Under the pieces are notes generated by a model. That model had not been told where the DNA came from and ran no database searches. It saw nothing but the letters and a program-made list of their open reading frames with translations. From a virus, in the UHGV virus genome UHGV-0191547: a stretch of DNA of 26,648 nt, one strand, 5' to 3'. Positions 16,762-25,140 of the stretch are shown here, in pieces. The position numbers and the translations under genes are program-made. The first letter of the stretch is position 1. Each line of letters begins with the position of its first letter.

Positions 16762-18552
16762 ATGATTTATACAACGGGAACAATTGCCATTAACGGCAAT
16801 ACTGTTACAGGCACGGGAACAAACTTTTCCGCGCCGCTTTCTCTCATCCGTGTAGGTTGCACGCTCATTGCCATTAGCAATCCTATCCAGATCTTTACCA
16901 TCACAGAAATTAAGAGCGGTACTGAACTGTCAGTGACGCCAGCGGCTAACCCTGCAATTGCTGCCGGGGCAAAATTCAGCATTCTGCTTTCTGACTCTAT
17001 CTCAGTTGATGGGCTTGCCCAGGATGTAGCGGAAACACTTCGTTTTTATCAGGAAAAAGAAGACGAAATATCCAGCGCAATAGATGGCAGCAATATTGGC
17101 TTAGGTCCAGAGCCGCGCGATTGCGTCGATATATCAGGCGATCCGTCTTCTTACGTTGGCTTTTTGCGCATAAAGGAAACGACTAAGGGTTTTCCTTCTG
17201 TAGCGGCTGGTGAATCATTTTTGAGTGGATTTATCTGTCAACGAGACACGACGCCTTCATATACAGGCGTCTTTGTCGGTTGGGCTACGCGATCACTTTA
17301 TACGTATACATGGGTCGCAACATCAGGTCCGAACTGGACACGACACGCAAGAAAAGATGAGGTGGATAGGCTTGTTCAAAGAACAGGAGAAACTCGCGTA
17401 CGCGCTCAAAACGCAAATAAATTCCTTACCGTCTATGATTCAGGATCGTGGGGTTATTATGACTCAGAGGCTAGTAAATGGCTACCGCTTCCAGTTCTTG
17501 CTGGAGGCACTGGTGCGGGAAACGCAGAAGAAGCAAGAAATAATTTAAATCTTGGTGAAAGCAACGCGGTTAAATTCAAAAACCTTACGTTAATAGGGGC
17601 GCTAGATGCAAATTTAGGCATGCTCGTAAAAACTGGAAGAGACTGGAATACTCAGCACACTGACAATATCCAAAAATTTATACCAATGGCAGGAAGCACA
17701 AACGGACCCGCCGGAGCAATGGTACTCGGTGGCTTCCATGTGCAATACAGCACAAATTACGCTGTGCAATTCGGGGGTCGAAATTCCGGTTTTTGGGGTA
17801 GAACAATTGAAAACGGAACAGTTCAGGAATGGCGTCAACTAGCTACGCTTAACACATCCGGTCAAAAATGGACTGCCGGTCAGCATTTTGTGACGACAAA
17901 AATTAACTCTTATGATTTCACAAGACGTTTAACTATCGATGTGATAGAAAACGCAAAAACAAACGCACGGTTACGCTTATGGGGATCAGAAACAAGGCAG
18001 TCCGTTTTAGAATATGGACTCTCGAACGCTGAAACCGATGAGTATAATACATATGGCTTTTATTGCCAGCTTAACCCAGACGGAGTAATTAGTTTTCAGG
18101 TTAACGGCGTAGTAAACTGCACAGCAGTTAATCAGACTTCAGATCGCGATCTGAAGGACAACATTCAGGTTATAGGTGATGCAACTGAAGCAATCCGTAA
18201 AATGAACGGGTACACCTACACCCTCAAGGAAAACGGCCTGCCTTACGCTGGCGTTATCGCTCAAGAGGTAATGGAGGCGCTGCCGGAGGCTGTGGGATCG
18301 TTTACTCATTACGGTAAAGCATTACAAGGCCCGACCACTGACGGCAACGAGCTACGCGAGGAAACGCGTTACCTCAATGTTGACTACGCTGCGGTGACTG
18401 GTTTACTTGTTCAGGTGGCACGCGAAACAGATAACCGCGTCACCGAACTGGAGGAAGAAAACGCCAGCTTACGAGCTAACATTGCCGTCATGGATGAGCG
18501 GATCACAAAACTTGAAGCGCTTGTCAGGCAGTTAACCGGAAGCGAAGAATAA
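16762..18552 (+). CDS. Tail fibre/tailspike protein with C-terminal intramolecular chaperone (peptidase S74-like) domain
   Basis: 596 aa; C-terminal TSDRDLKDNIQVIGDATEAIRKMNGYTY...YAGVIAQEV followed by a coiled coil is the S74 autoproteolytic chaperone signature. Confidence 0.75.
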   Translation: MIYTTGTIAINGNTVTGTGTNFSAPLSLIRVGCTLIAISNPIQIFTITEIKSGTELSVTPAANPAIAAGAKFSILLSDSISVDGLAQDVAETLRFYQEKEDEISSAIDGSNIGLGPEPRDCVDISGDPSSYVGFLRIKETTKGFPSVAAGESFLSGFICQRDTTPSYTGVFVGWATRSLYTYTWVATSGPNWTRHARKDEVDRLVQRTGETRVRAQNANKFLTVYDSGSWGYYDSEASKWLPLPVLAGGTGAGNAEEARNNLNLGESNAVKFKNLTLIGALDANLGMLVKTGRDWNTQHTDNIQKFIPMAGSTNGPAGAMVLGGFHVQYSTNYAVQFGGRNSGFWGRTIENGTVQEWRQLATLNTSGQKWTAGQHFVTTKINSYDFTRRLTIDVIENAKTNARLRLWGSETRQSVLEYGLSNAETDEYNTYGFYCQLNPDGVISFQVNGVVNCTAVNQTSDRDLKDNIQVIGDATEAIRKMNGYTYTLKENGLPYAGVIAQEVMEALPEAVGSFTHYGKALQGPTTDGNELREETRYLNVDYAAVTGLLVQVARETDNRVTELEEENASLRANIAVMDERITKLEALVRQLTGSEE

Positions 18553-18581
18553 GAGGTGATGTGCGAAGAACATCGCCGCGC

Positions 18582-18610
18582 GAAACGAGGCTAACGCCTC
18601 GTTTCTTTTT
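18582..18610 (+). terminator. Rho-independent terminator after the tail fibre gene
   Basis: GAAACGAGGC-taac-GCCTCGTTTC hairpin followed by TTTTT. Confidence 0.65.
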
Positions 18611-18864
18611 GTGTACCAAATAGTGACCAAAATGATAAATCAAAAACAAAAACAAAACATAACACATTGAATACAAATGAATTTTTCATTAAGTTATCCA
18701 TTCAAAAGATAAGTAGGTAACGCCATTTCTATCATTTCATATCGTGTCACATCGTCACCGTTTCACGTTGATTTCAAAAGAAATATTTATTCTATCGTGT
18801 CATATCGTTTTCTATCGTGATACTATCCATGCGTAAAATGTGTGTACCAAATAGTGACCAAATT
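18610..18864. promoter_or_regulatory. attP-like AT-rich region with a 22-bp perfect direct repeat and TATCGTG heptamer repeats
   Basis: TGTGTACCAAATAGTGACCAAA at 18610-18631 and 18841-18862; three or more TATCGTG copies in between; located immediately 5' of int. Confidence 0.4.
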
Positions 18865-20064
18865 ATGCTTACAGATACCAAATTACGAAACATCCACGGC
18901 AAGCCATATGACGGCCCGGAAGAAGTCCCGGACGCGGGCGGATTGTCTGCCAGGATAAGCCCGCGCGGAGTTATATCTTTCCAGTATCGCTACCGATTCA
19001 ACGGCAAGCCTCGACGGATGAAGATCGGCACATACGGAGAAATAACACTCAAAGAAGCGCGGGCGGCGGTGGCGGAGCATAAGGAAGTCTTAAACTCAGG
19101 ACGAGATCCATCGATCGTAAAAAGAATGAAATTGTCACGCGTTACGACACGGGCAACGATTGAGGATATTGTGAGGGAATACATGGAATCACCGCAGGCA
19201 AGAAACATGGTCAACTATAAGCAAGTCGAGGCGATGCTAAGTAAGCACATTGTCAGACCATGCGGTAGCTATATCGTCGATGATATGGACTCCATAATGT
19301 GGGAGGGGATTTTTAGAAAGGTAGCCAATGGTGGCGCGCCCGTTCAGGCCGGGATAGTCTTAAACAGGATGAAGGCGGTGATAAAATATGCCATGCGACG
19401 CCGCCGCGTGGAGCGTGACGACATATCATTACTACGCGTGAAAGACGTAGGCAAAAACCCGGCACAAAGGAAACGCGTCTTATCAATACAAGAGATTCAC
19501 CATCTAATCAGCATTATAGACAGTTCAAAAATGGCGCGGCTAAATCAGATATTGATGAAGCTGATTATATTCACCGGATGCAGAACAAGCGAACTAACAA
19601 ACGCAAGGCGCGAGCATTTCGATCTTGATAACTGTGTGTGGACCGTGCCGGGCGCATTGAGTAAGAACAGAAACGAGTTTAAACGCGGTTTATCCGCCGT
19701 TAGCGTTGATTTATTGCGTGAAGCTATGGATTTGCACGGCTTTAATTTTATCTTCGTTCCCGTGCTTTCTGGAAGGGATGAAGCGGTAGACAGGAGCGTG
19801 CCGAAAACAGCCGCAAGGGATTTGATGCTAAGGATGGGCGGCGAGCCGTGGTCGTGTCACGACTTGCGCCGCACTGTAAGGACAAACCTTTCAGCGCTTG
19901 GCATTGCGCCGCACGTAGCAGAAAAGGTTTTAGGTCATAAACTGGCGGGAATGATGGCTATATATGATCAGTATGATTACGTGAAGGAGCAAATAGAGGC
20001 GATGAATAAACTGGCTGATTACTACATGAAGCCCATTGATTTACAAAATGAAATAACGTCCTGA
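18865..20064 (+). CDS. int: Tyrosine recombinase / integrase, P4 type
   Basis: Start chosen at MLTDTKLRN; N-terminal arm-binding-like segment GGLSARISPRGVISFQYRYRFNGK; C-terminal HDLRRT...LGH...Y catalytic box. Confidence 0.9.
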   Translation: MLTDTKLRNIHGKPYDGPEEVPDAGGLSARISPRGVISFQYRYRFNGKPRRMKIGTYGEITLKEARAAVAEHKEVLNSGRDPSIVKRMKLSRVTTRATIEDIVREYMESPQARNMVNYKQVEAMLSKHIVRPCGSYIVDDMDSIMWEGIFRKVANGGAPVQAGIVLNRMKAVIKYAMRRRRVERDDISLLRVKDVGKNPAQRKRVLSIQEIHHLISIIDSSKMARLNQILMKLIIFTGCRTSELTNARREHFDLDNCVWTVPGALSKNRNEFKRGLSAVSVDLLREAMDLHGFNFIFVPVLSGRDEAVDRSVPKTAARDLMLRMGGEPWSCHDLRRTVRTNLSALGIAPHVAEKVLGHKLAGMMAIYDQYDYVKEQIEAMNKLADYYMKPIDLQNEITS

Positions 20065-20240
20065 TAACGGTAAAGAGATCCGCCGCGCTTTAACGCTGGC
20101 ATCCCCTTAACAGGTTCAGGGAAAGGAGTTCCCGCATCTTTCCATTTTTTAACGAGCTTAAAAAAGGCGGACTTGCTAAGCCCGCCTAACATTTTTTGCA
20201 CTTGCTCGCGATTAATAAGTATTGTCCCGATCTTATCCAT
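20022..20240 (-). CDS. alpA: AlpA-family excisionase / transcriptional regulator
   Basis: 72 aa with LINREQVQKMLGGLSKSAFFKLVKK helix-turn-helix typical of AlpA/Xis-like proteins; convergent with int, 3' ends overlap by 43 bp. Confidence 0.75.
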   Translation of the reverse strand: MDKIGTILINREQVQKMLGGLSKSAFFKLVKKWKDAGTPFPEPVKGMPALKRGGSLYRYQDVISFCKSMGFM

Positions 20241-20890
20241 TACTTATCACCATTGTAATTAGTAAAAGGAATATCGCCATTAATAATGGCTTTTGCCATA
20301 TTGCGATAATCACACGAATAATCGTTTTCAGTTGAAAAATTAATATCGTCGGCGGCATCACTTCCCATCACTTCACCCGCCAGAGCCTTAGCAATTTTCG
20401 CAATAGCCTTATCGATTGGGTTAACGTGCAAAAAATAATTGTAGATACCCCATCTGATCGTGGACTCGACAGATTCAGAGCCTTTCTCAACATAAACACC
20501 GTATTCACTGCCGATGAATTTAAACATGATTGTTCCGTAGTGATAACCATCAGAATAATAACAATCAAGCCACACGCCGCATGGCGGCTTTTCTCCTGGC
20601 TTCCATTCCGTTTTTTCTGGTTGCGTTTCGCAGTCGCAGCGTTCATCTTCGATTAATTCATCAATAACTTCACTTTCTTTATTCATACCGTCATCATCCT
20701 TTTCAGAGAAACGTATAAAGCGCCACGTATTAGCCATCAACGTATAAGATTCGCCGCCAACCTTAGATCCTGCGTAATACTCCGTACCAAAATCGTAATA
20801 GCTCGAAAACGTTGTCACTTCGAAAGGCGGAATATCAACGCGGAACCTGTGAAGCATTGTGCCTATTGCACGAGGTGTTTTATTTGCCAT
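20240..20890 (-). CDS. Hypothetical acidic protein (216 aa) with a CDCE...C cysteine cluster
   Basis: - strand ORF; its stop overlaps the alpA start; no motif recognised. Confidence 0.55.
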   Translation of the reverse strand: MANKTPRAIGTMLHRFRVDIPPFEVTTFSSYYDFGTEYYAGSKVGGESYTLMANTWRFIRFSEKDDDGMNKESEVIDELIEDERCDCETQPEKTEWKPGEKPPCGVWLDCYYSDGYHYGTIMFKFIGSEYGVYVEKGSESVESTIRWGIYNYFLHVNPIDKAIAKIAKALAGEVMGSDAADDINFSTENDYSCDYRNMAKAIINGDIPFTNYNGDK

Positions 20891-20891
20891 A

Positions 20892-21068
20892 TTACGCCAC
20901 CGTTACATTGTCAACTTTGATAAAGTATTCAGGGTGATTTTCTATTTCGTGCTTGAAGTGCGCGTGACACAATCGCCACTCCCGCGCCTGGTTGTGGAGG
21001 TAATAAACATATTCGCCATCAACCTTATACAAAATTCCTGTAGGTTTAGCCATGTAATAACGCACCAT
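20892..21068 (-). CDS. Small hypothetical protein (58 aa; start at MVRYYMAK)
   Basis: Internal start with a GGGGG RBS, two nt after the ninB stop; the longer track ORF 20892-21122 would overlap ninB. Confidence 0.4.
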   Translation of the reverse strand: MVRYYMAKPTGILYKVDGEYVYYLHNQAREWRLCHAHFKHEIENHPEYFIKVDNVTVA

Positions 21069-21070
21069 TA

Positions 21071-21499
21071 TTACCCCCAGCGTTTTATGAATTCCTCGTT
21101 TAATTTCGTATCGCCAGACCATTGAACATCATGTTCAGCGCCGAACGAGTAGATCAGCTCGATTAGTTCACTGAATTCTGATTTACTCATCCGGCTGGTT
21201 GATGTCCCCAATACAACAAAGCCGGATTTATCCAGGTTAGGGACGACGCCATATTTCTTAAGCCCGGCAGTAAATACCGCTTTCCAGTCTTCCGGCGACA
21301 GCTTCTTACCGTACCAATTAACCTGATCGCTAATGTCGGTTAACAGCGCCCAAAGCAACGCGTTTTGGCTTAGCGAGCGGGTTTTCTCCTGAATGGTGAT
21401 TATCAGCGGGCTTTTGCTATCAGGCTGGATCTCTCTTATCTGCCTGATAGCATTTTCTTTCACTGCGTCGTTGACTATCTCAAATCTAATTTGCCTCAT
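21071..21499 (-). CDS. ninB: NinB/Orf recombination protein
   Basis: 142 aa; blocks SLSQNALLWALLTDISDQVNWYGK, EDWKAVFTAGLK and GFVVLGTSTSRMSKSEFSELIELI align with recalled lambda NinB. Confidence 0.85.
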   Translation of the reverse strand: MRQIRFEIVNDAVKENAIRQIREIQPDSKSPLIITIQEKTRSLSQNALLWALLTDISDQVNWYGKKLSPEDWKAVFTAGLKKYGVVPNLDKSGFVVLGTSTSRMSKSEFSELIELIYSFGAEHDVQWSGDTKLNEEFIKRWG

Positions 21500-21693
21500 G
21501 ATACACCGTTACTATTTCGCCATATAGCCCGCGCATACATAATCTCCTGCAAAGAAATTAGCCGCGAGCTTGTCATGTATTTTTCCTTTAATCTTTTCAT
21601 ATCAACCGTGACAGGCTTATCAGGATCATCGCCGCGCATGTATTCCGCGATCGTGCTTAAATCCTCCACGGTCAATTCTAAATCCTTGTCCAT
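21496..21693 (-). CDS. Small hypothetical protein (65 aa)
   Basis: - strand ORF; start/stop overlap with neighbours, so translationally coupled. Confidence 0.45.
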   Translation of the reverse strand: MDKDLELTVEDLSTIAEYMRGDDPDKPVTVDMKRLKEKYMTSSRLISLQEIMYARAIWRNSNGVS

Positions 21694-21702
21694 AATTCCC
21701 CC

Positions 21703-21909
21703 TTACACAATCCGCATTGTGTTTCGCAATTCCCCACGCAGCGCCCGCAATGCATCGTGCATTGGCACAAAAACCCGGTTAAATTTTACGTGTTTATATT
21801 TCCGCATCAGTGGCGGTGTATACACCTTTGCGTCGTATACTTCCCACGGATAATAAACGCGCGTATCGTCGACAAACGTTTCAACTGAATAAAAGATTAC
21901 CCGTCTCAT
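21703..21909 (-). CDS. Small hypothetical protein (68 aa)
   Basis: - strand ORF with a 4-bp overlap with the upstream gene. Confidence 0.45.
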   Translation of the reverse strand: MRRVIFYSVETFVDDTRVYYPWEVYDAKVYTPPLMRKYKHVKFNRVFVPMHDALRALRGELRNTMRIV

Positions 21910-22499
21910 AATTCTAACCCCGTTTCACCGTTAAGTTTTTCGATCTCAAATACTGGTTTATCCGGTAACAGGCCGTTATTTTTCCGGTATTCATTCAGGC
22001 GGCTGTCAAAATCAAACGCGAGATCATTAGCGTGACCAAAGCGACCAGGTTTAAACAGTGAGTAAAAATTAAGGCCGTGTTTATTGGTATCTATGCAAAG
22101 CGTTTCATCCAGCACCATTAAACGCAGCGTGCGCGAAAGGTAATTCCACGGAATGCCAGTTTCCGCGCTAATATCTCTCATTCGCTTTCTAACGTTGTAG
22201 TCAGTAAATAACGCGGCTACACGCTCGCGTCGTTGTTCGTATAAATATTTAATTCGATAGCCCAGCAAGCGGCGGCGCGGGCCAAAATATGTATACACCC
22301 GCTCAACCAGATTAGTGTCGATCAGGTGTTTAACTGTTTCCGGCAAGCATCCGGCTTCGTCGTATTCCGCTGATAATCCTGTTTTCTGGCGTAGCTGGTG
22401 CATTGTTGCGATGCCATCAAGTTCAAGGATATTGATAATTTTTGCTTCAAGTTCAATGCTCATTGTTTTTCGCCTCGTTTTAAGCGCGAAAACAGCCAC
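21906..22499 (-). CDS. Hypothetical protein (197 aa), possible winged-helix N-terminus
   Basis: Follows the helicase gene; N-terminal IINILELDGIATMHQLRQKTGLS looks like a winged helix; the true start may be the internal MSIELEAK. Confidence 0.5.
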   Translation of the reverse strand: MAVFALKTRRKTMSIELEAKIINILELDGIATMHQLRQKTGLSAEYDEAGCLPETVKHLIDTNLVERVYTYFGPRRRLLGYRIKYLYEQRRERVAALFTDYNVRKRMRDISAETGIPWNYLSRTLRLMVLDETLCIDTNKHGLNFYSLFKPGRFGHANDLAFDFDSRLNEYRKNNGLLPDKPVFEIEKLNGETGLEL

Positions 22500-22542
22500 C
22501 AGAAAGCGGTCAACTTTCCGGTAAGCCGTTTGCTCGAGTTAA

Positions 22543-23964
22543 TTAAAAAGATGCGTTATTCTGGTTATTTCGTGGGGAGAATCGGCTTGTCGCCGGACGT
22601 TGTTGCATTGACTGAATGCAAGCGGACGCCGCGCGGGCCTGGTCGCATGGGATGATGTTGCCGTTATCGTCAAACCGCTGGTAAACAGTCCCCGTTTTCC
22701 CGTGACGGTTTTTTGAAACGATGATCTCCATATATTCGCGGGCAACCGATTGTTCGTTGTAGTAGCCGTCGCGGTAGACCATGATGATCCGGTCTGCGTC
22801 CTGTTCAAGATTACCGGAATCACGCAGATCAGAATTGTTCGGGCGCTTGTTCGGTCGTTCCTCAACGCGGCGGGATAATTGCGCCAGCGCCGCCACTGGC
22901 ACGCGCAACTCTTTCGCCATCATTTTCAATGACCACGACAATTGCCCTACGGCGAGATCATGACGTTCGGCCTTAGCCAGCTTCATTAACCCGATGTAGT
23001 CAATCATTACCATCCCCAGGTTAGGATGGTCCTGTTTCATCCGTTCGACGGTGGCGCGTATTTCCTCGACCGTTAACTGCGATGCGTCAACAATCCACAC
23101 ATCGAGATCGGCAAGGGCACTCATTCCCTGGGCGACGTGCGCCCAACCTTCGTCATCCAGTTTTACCGGATTACGTAGGCAATCCGTTGATAAGTTCCCA
23201 GCGCCAGCGATAGCACGTTCAGTCATCTGATCGAGCGACATTTCAAGCGTGAACAGCAAAACGCCGACCCGCTGACCTTCGCCGCCAGGGTATGGACGTT
23301 CAGCCGCCGCGCGGGCAATTGCCAACGCCAACGCCGATTTACCAGACCCCGGGCGTCCGGCGATAAGCACCAGATCAGTAGCGTTAATGCCGCCTAACAT
23401 TTCGTCGAGTGGGTCAATCCCTGTTTTGATGTTGTCAGAGTTCACGCCACACTCCATGCGTTTACTTAGCACTTCCGTGTATTCCTGGACCGCATCGCGC
23501 AACAGCACCGGGATAATTTGATCTTTTGTTACCTTTAATTTTGAATACCGGGAATCAAAATCTTTCATCGTCTCTTTGACGACTTCAAGCGTCCCTGTTT
23601 CCAGCTTGTAGCGAATGTCTTCCATTAGTTCCAGCATTTGCCGCCGCTGGTGTTCTTCCTGTAGTAGTTGAGCATATCCTTTTAGGTTGGCAGCAGAAGG
23701 ACACGATCGCGCCGTTTGCATCAGCGGTACAAAATTTTCGTTGCCAATCTCATCACCAACCAGCAAGGCGTCGATAAGATTTCTGTTTCTGGCTTGCGCC
23801 CGGATAATTTCAAAAGCCCGCTTATATAGCGGAATAGTGAACACTTCAGGATCAAGCGTAGCGAGAACATCCTGCGCGTTAGGAGTAAGCCCACCTAACA
23901 GCAGGCCACCGATAACCGCCGATTCTCTTTCTTGCCGCAATGAGTTTACTTGTTCGGTTATCAT
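22543..23964 (-). CDS. DnaB-family replicative DNA helicase
   Basis: 473 aa; DnaB-like N-terminal domain, Walker A GRPGSGKS, RecA-like core. Confidence 0.85.
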   Translation of the reverse strand: MITEQVNSLRQERESAVIGGLLLGGLTPNAQDVLATLDPEVFTIPLYKRAFEIIRAQARNRNLIDALLVGDEIGNENFVPLMQTARSCPSAANLKGYAQLLQEEHQRRQMLELMEDIRYKLETGTLEVVKETMKDFDSRYSKLKVTKDQIIPVLLRDAVQEYTEVLSKRMECGVNSDNIKTGIDPLDEMLGGINATDLVLIAGRPGSGKSALALAIARAAAERPYPGGEGQRVGVLLFTLEMSLDQMTERAIAGAGNLSTDCLRNPVKLDDEGWAHVAQGMSALADLDVWIVDASQLTVEEIRATVERMKQDHPNLGMVMIDYIGLMKLAKAERHDLAVGQLSWSLKMMAKELRVPVAALAQLSRRVEERPNKRPNNSDLRDSGNLEQDADRIIMVYRDGYYNEQSVAREYMEIIVSKNRHGKTGTVYQRFDDNGNIIPCDQARAASACIQSMQQRPATSRFSPRNNQNNASF

Positions 23965-23982
23965 TATGGCATCGCCTCCGGT

Positions 23983-25101
23983 TTACATAATGGAATATTC
24001 AGGGTAATAAACAAAGCGCCCAATTTCCCCATGATCCGGGCTGTAAATAATCACCGCTGCCAGACGCCGCGACCGCCAACCGCCATTCGTTGAATAAGCG
24101 TCTTTACCCGCTAATGTGCCGTGATACTCAACAACGCCTAACGATGATTCAATCAGCCGTTGATGATGCCAGTGCCCGCAATGAGCGTAAACCGCCGCAG
24201 ACTTGCCGAAATCCTCACGCCAGTCAGCTACGCAAGCAGACAATAAATTTTCCGGCTTTTTGATAGTGTGCCCGTGGTGGTAAGCAAGGAATGTTTTGCC
24301 GTACTGTGTGTGGTGGACGATAGCAGGGGACACATCAACCGTCACGCGCGGTTCATCTTCGTAAAAAGCCGCCAGCGCCGCGCGTAGCCAAATCATGCCT
24401 GACTGATCGTGATTGCCTGATAACACCTTGATTTCAACATCCTTATGATTTAACAACATCTTTCCTACCGCCCGCCGGACAGACCGGATCGCTACATAAA
24501 CAAGTTTTGCGTAGCGACTATCCTGATCAAGAATGTGCCCGCTTGTTGGTGTAACCGGAACCATTCCGTCAGAATGAAGCAGGTCGCCACCGAGAAGCAA
24601 AACAGCCTTTTCAGACATTGGAGCAGCGCCTACAGCGTAGTCGAAGAAGTCATTTAGCACGCGTTCAGCGATCCCGGTGTCGTAGCTCTCACCGCATTCA
24701 GCTTTATGAGCAAGCGCCCCGATATGCAGATCAAACACCGGATAAAGGGCCAGGCTTTTTTGAAAATCAATTTCAGGCACTGGCACGGCCTCCGCGCGTG
24801 GTATCTCTTCCGTGAAAGCATCGCAAGCCGCTTCCATTAGCATTTCCATTTCATCGCGATCACGGGCTGTTTTAATCCAGCGCATGACTGTATTCCCATC
24901 TTTATCAACAAGAACAGATTCACCAGTAACGCCAAAACCAGGGGCGCGTCGCGTTGATAATAAACCGCGTTTCGCCAGTTTTGCGCCTAGCCGCTCGACG
25001 TTGCGTTTTGACATGCCATATTTTTCAGCAATCTGCTTGTACGTTAAACCGTTGTTATATTCAGCGATCAATTGCTCATCGCTGATTTTTCTTTGCGACA
25101 T
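23983..25101 (-). CDS. Fusion protein: N-terminal helix-turn-helix plus calcineurin-like metallophosphoesterase
   Basis: 372 aa; HTH LTYKQIAEKYGMSKRNVERLGAKL; phosphoesterase motifs DLH, GGDLLH, GNHD, HHGH, GHWHH in canonical order. Confidence 0.6.
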   Translation of the reverse strand: MSQRKISDEQLIAEYNNGLTYKQIAEKYGMSKRNVERLGAKLAKRGLLSTRRAPGFGVTGESVLVDKDGNTVMRWIKTARDRDEMEMLMEAACDAFTEEIPRAEAVPVPEIDFQKSLALYPVFDLHIGALAHKAECGESYDTGIAERVLNDFFDYAVGAAPMSEKAVLLLGGDLLHSDGMVPVTPTSGHILDQDSRYAKLVYVAIRSVRRAVGKMLLNHKDVEIKVLSGNHDQSGMIWLRAALAAFYEDEPRVTVDVSPAIVHHTQYGKTFLAYHHGHTIKKPENLLSACVADWREDFGKSAAVYAHCGHWHHQRLIESSLGVVEYHGTLAGKDAYSTNGGWRSRRLAAVIIYSPDHGEIGRFVYYPEYSIM

Positions 25102-25140
25102 AATGTTATTTCCTCCGGTTTACATATTGTATATTCATTG

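Noticed and set aside
18553-18870. tRNA or tmRNA 3' fragment at the attP-like region
   Set aside because: No T-arm or acceptor-stem-like GGTTCGAATCC...CCA sequence is visible; the region is AT-rich repeats only.
22315-22865. ORFs 22315-22524, 22398-22655, 22539-22865 and 22781-22963 around the helicase gene
   Set aside because: They overlap the well-supported helicase and neighbouring CDS in other frames and have no independent support.
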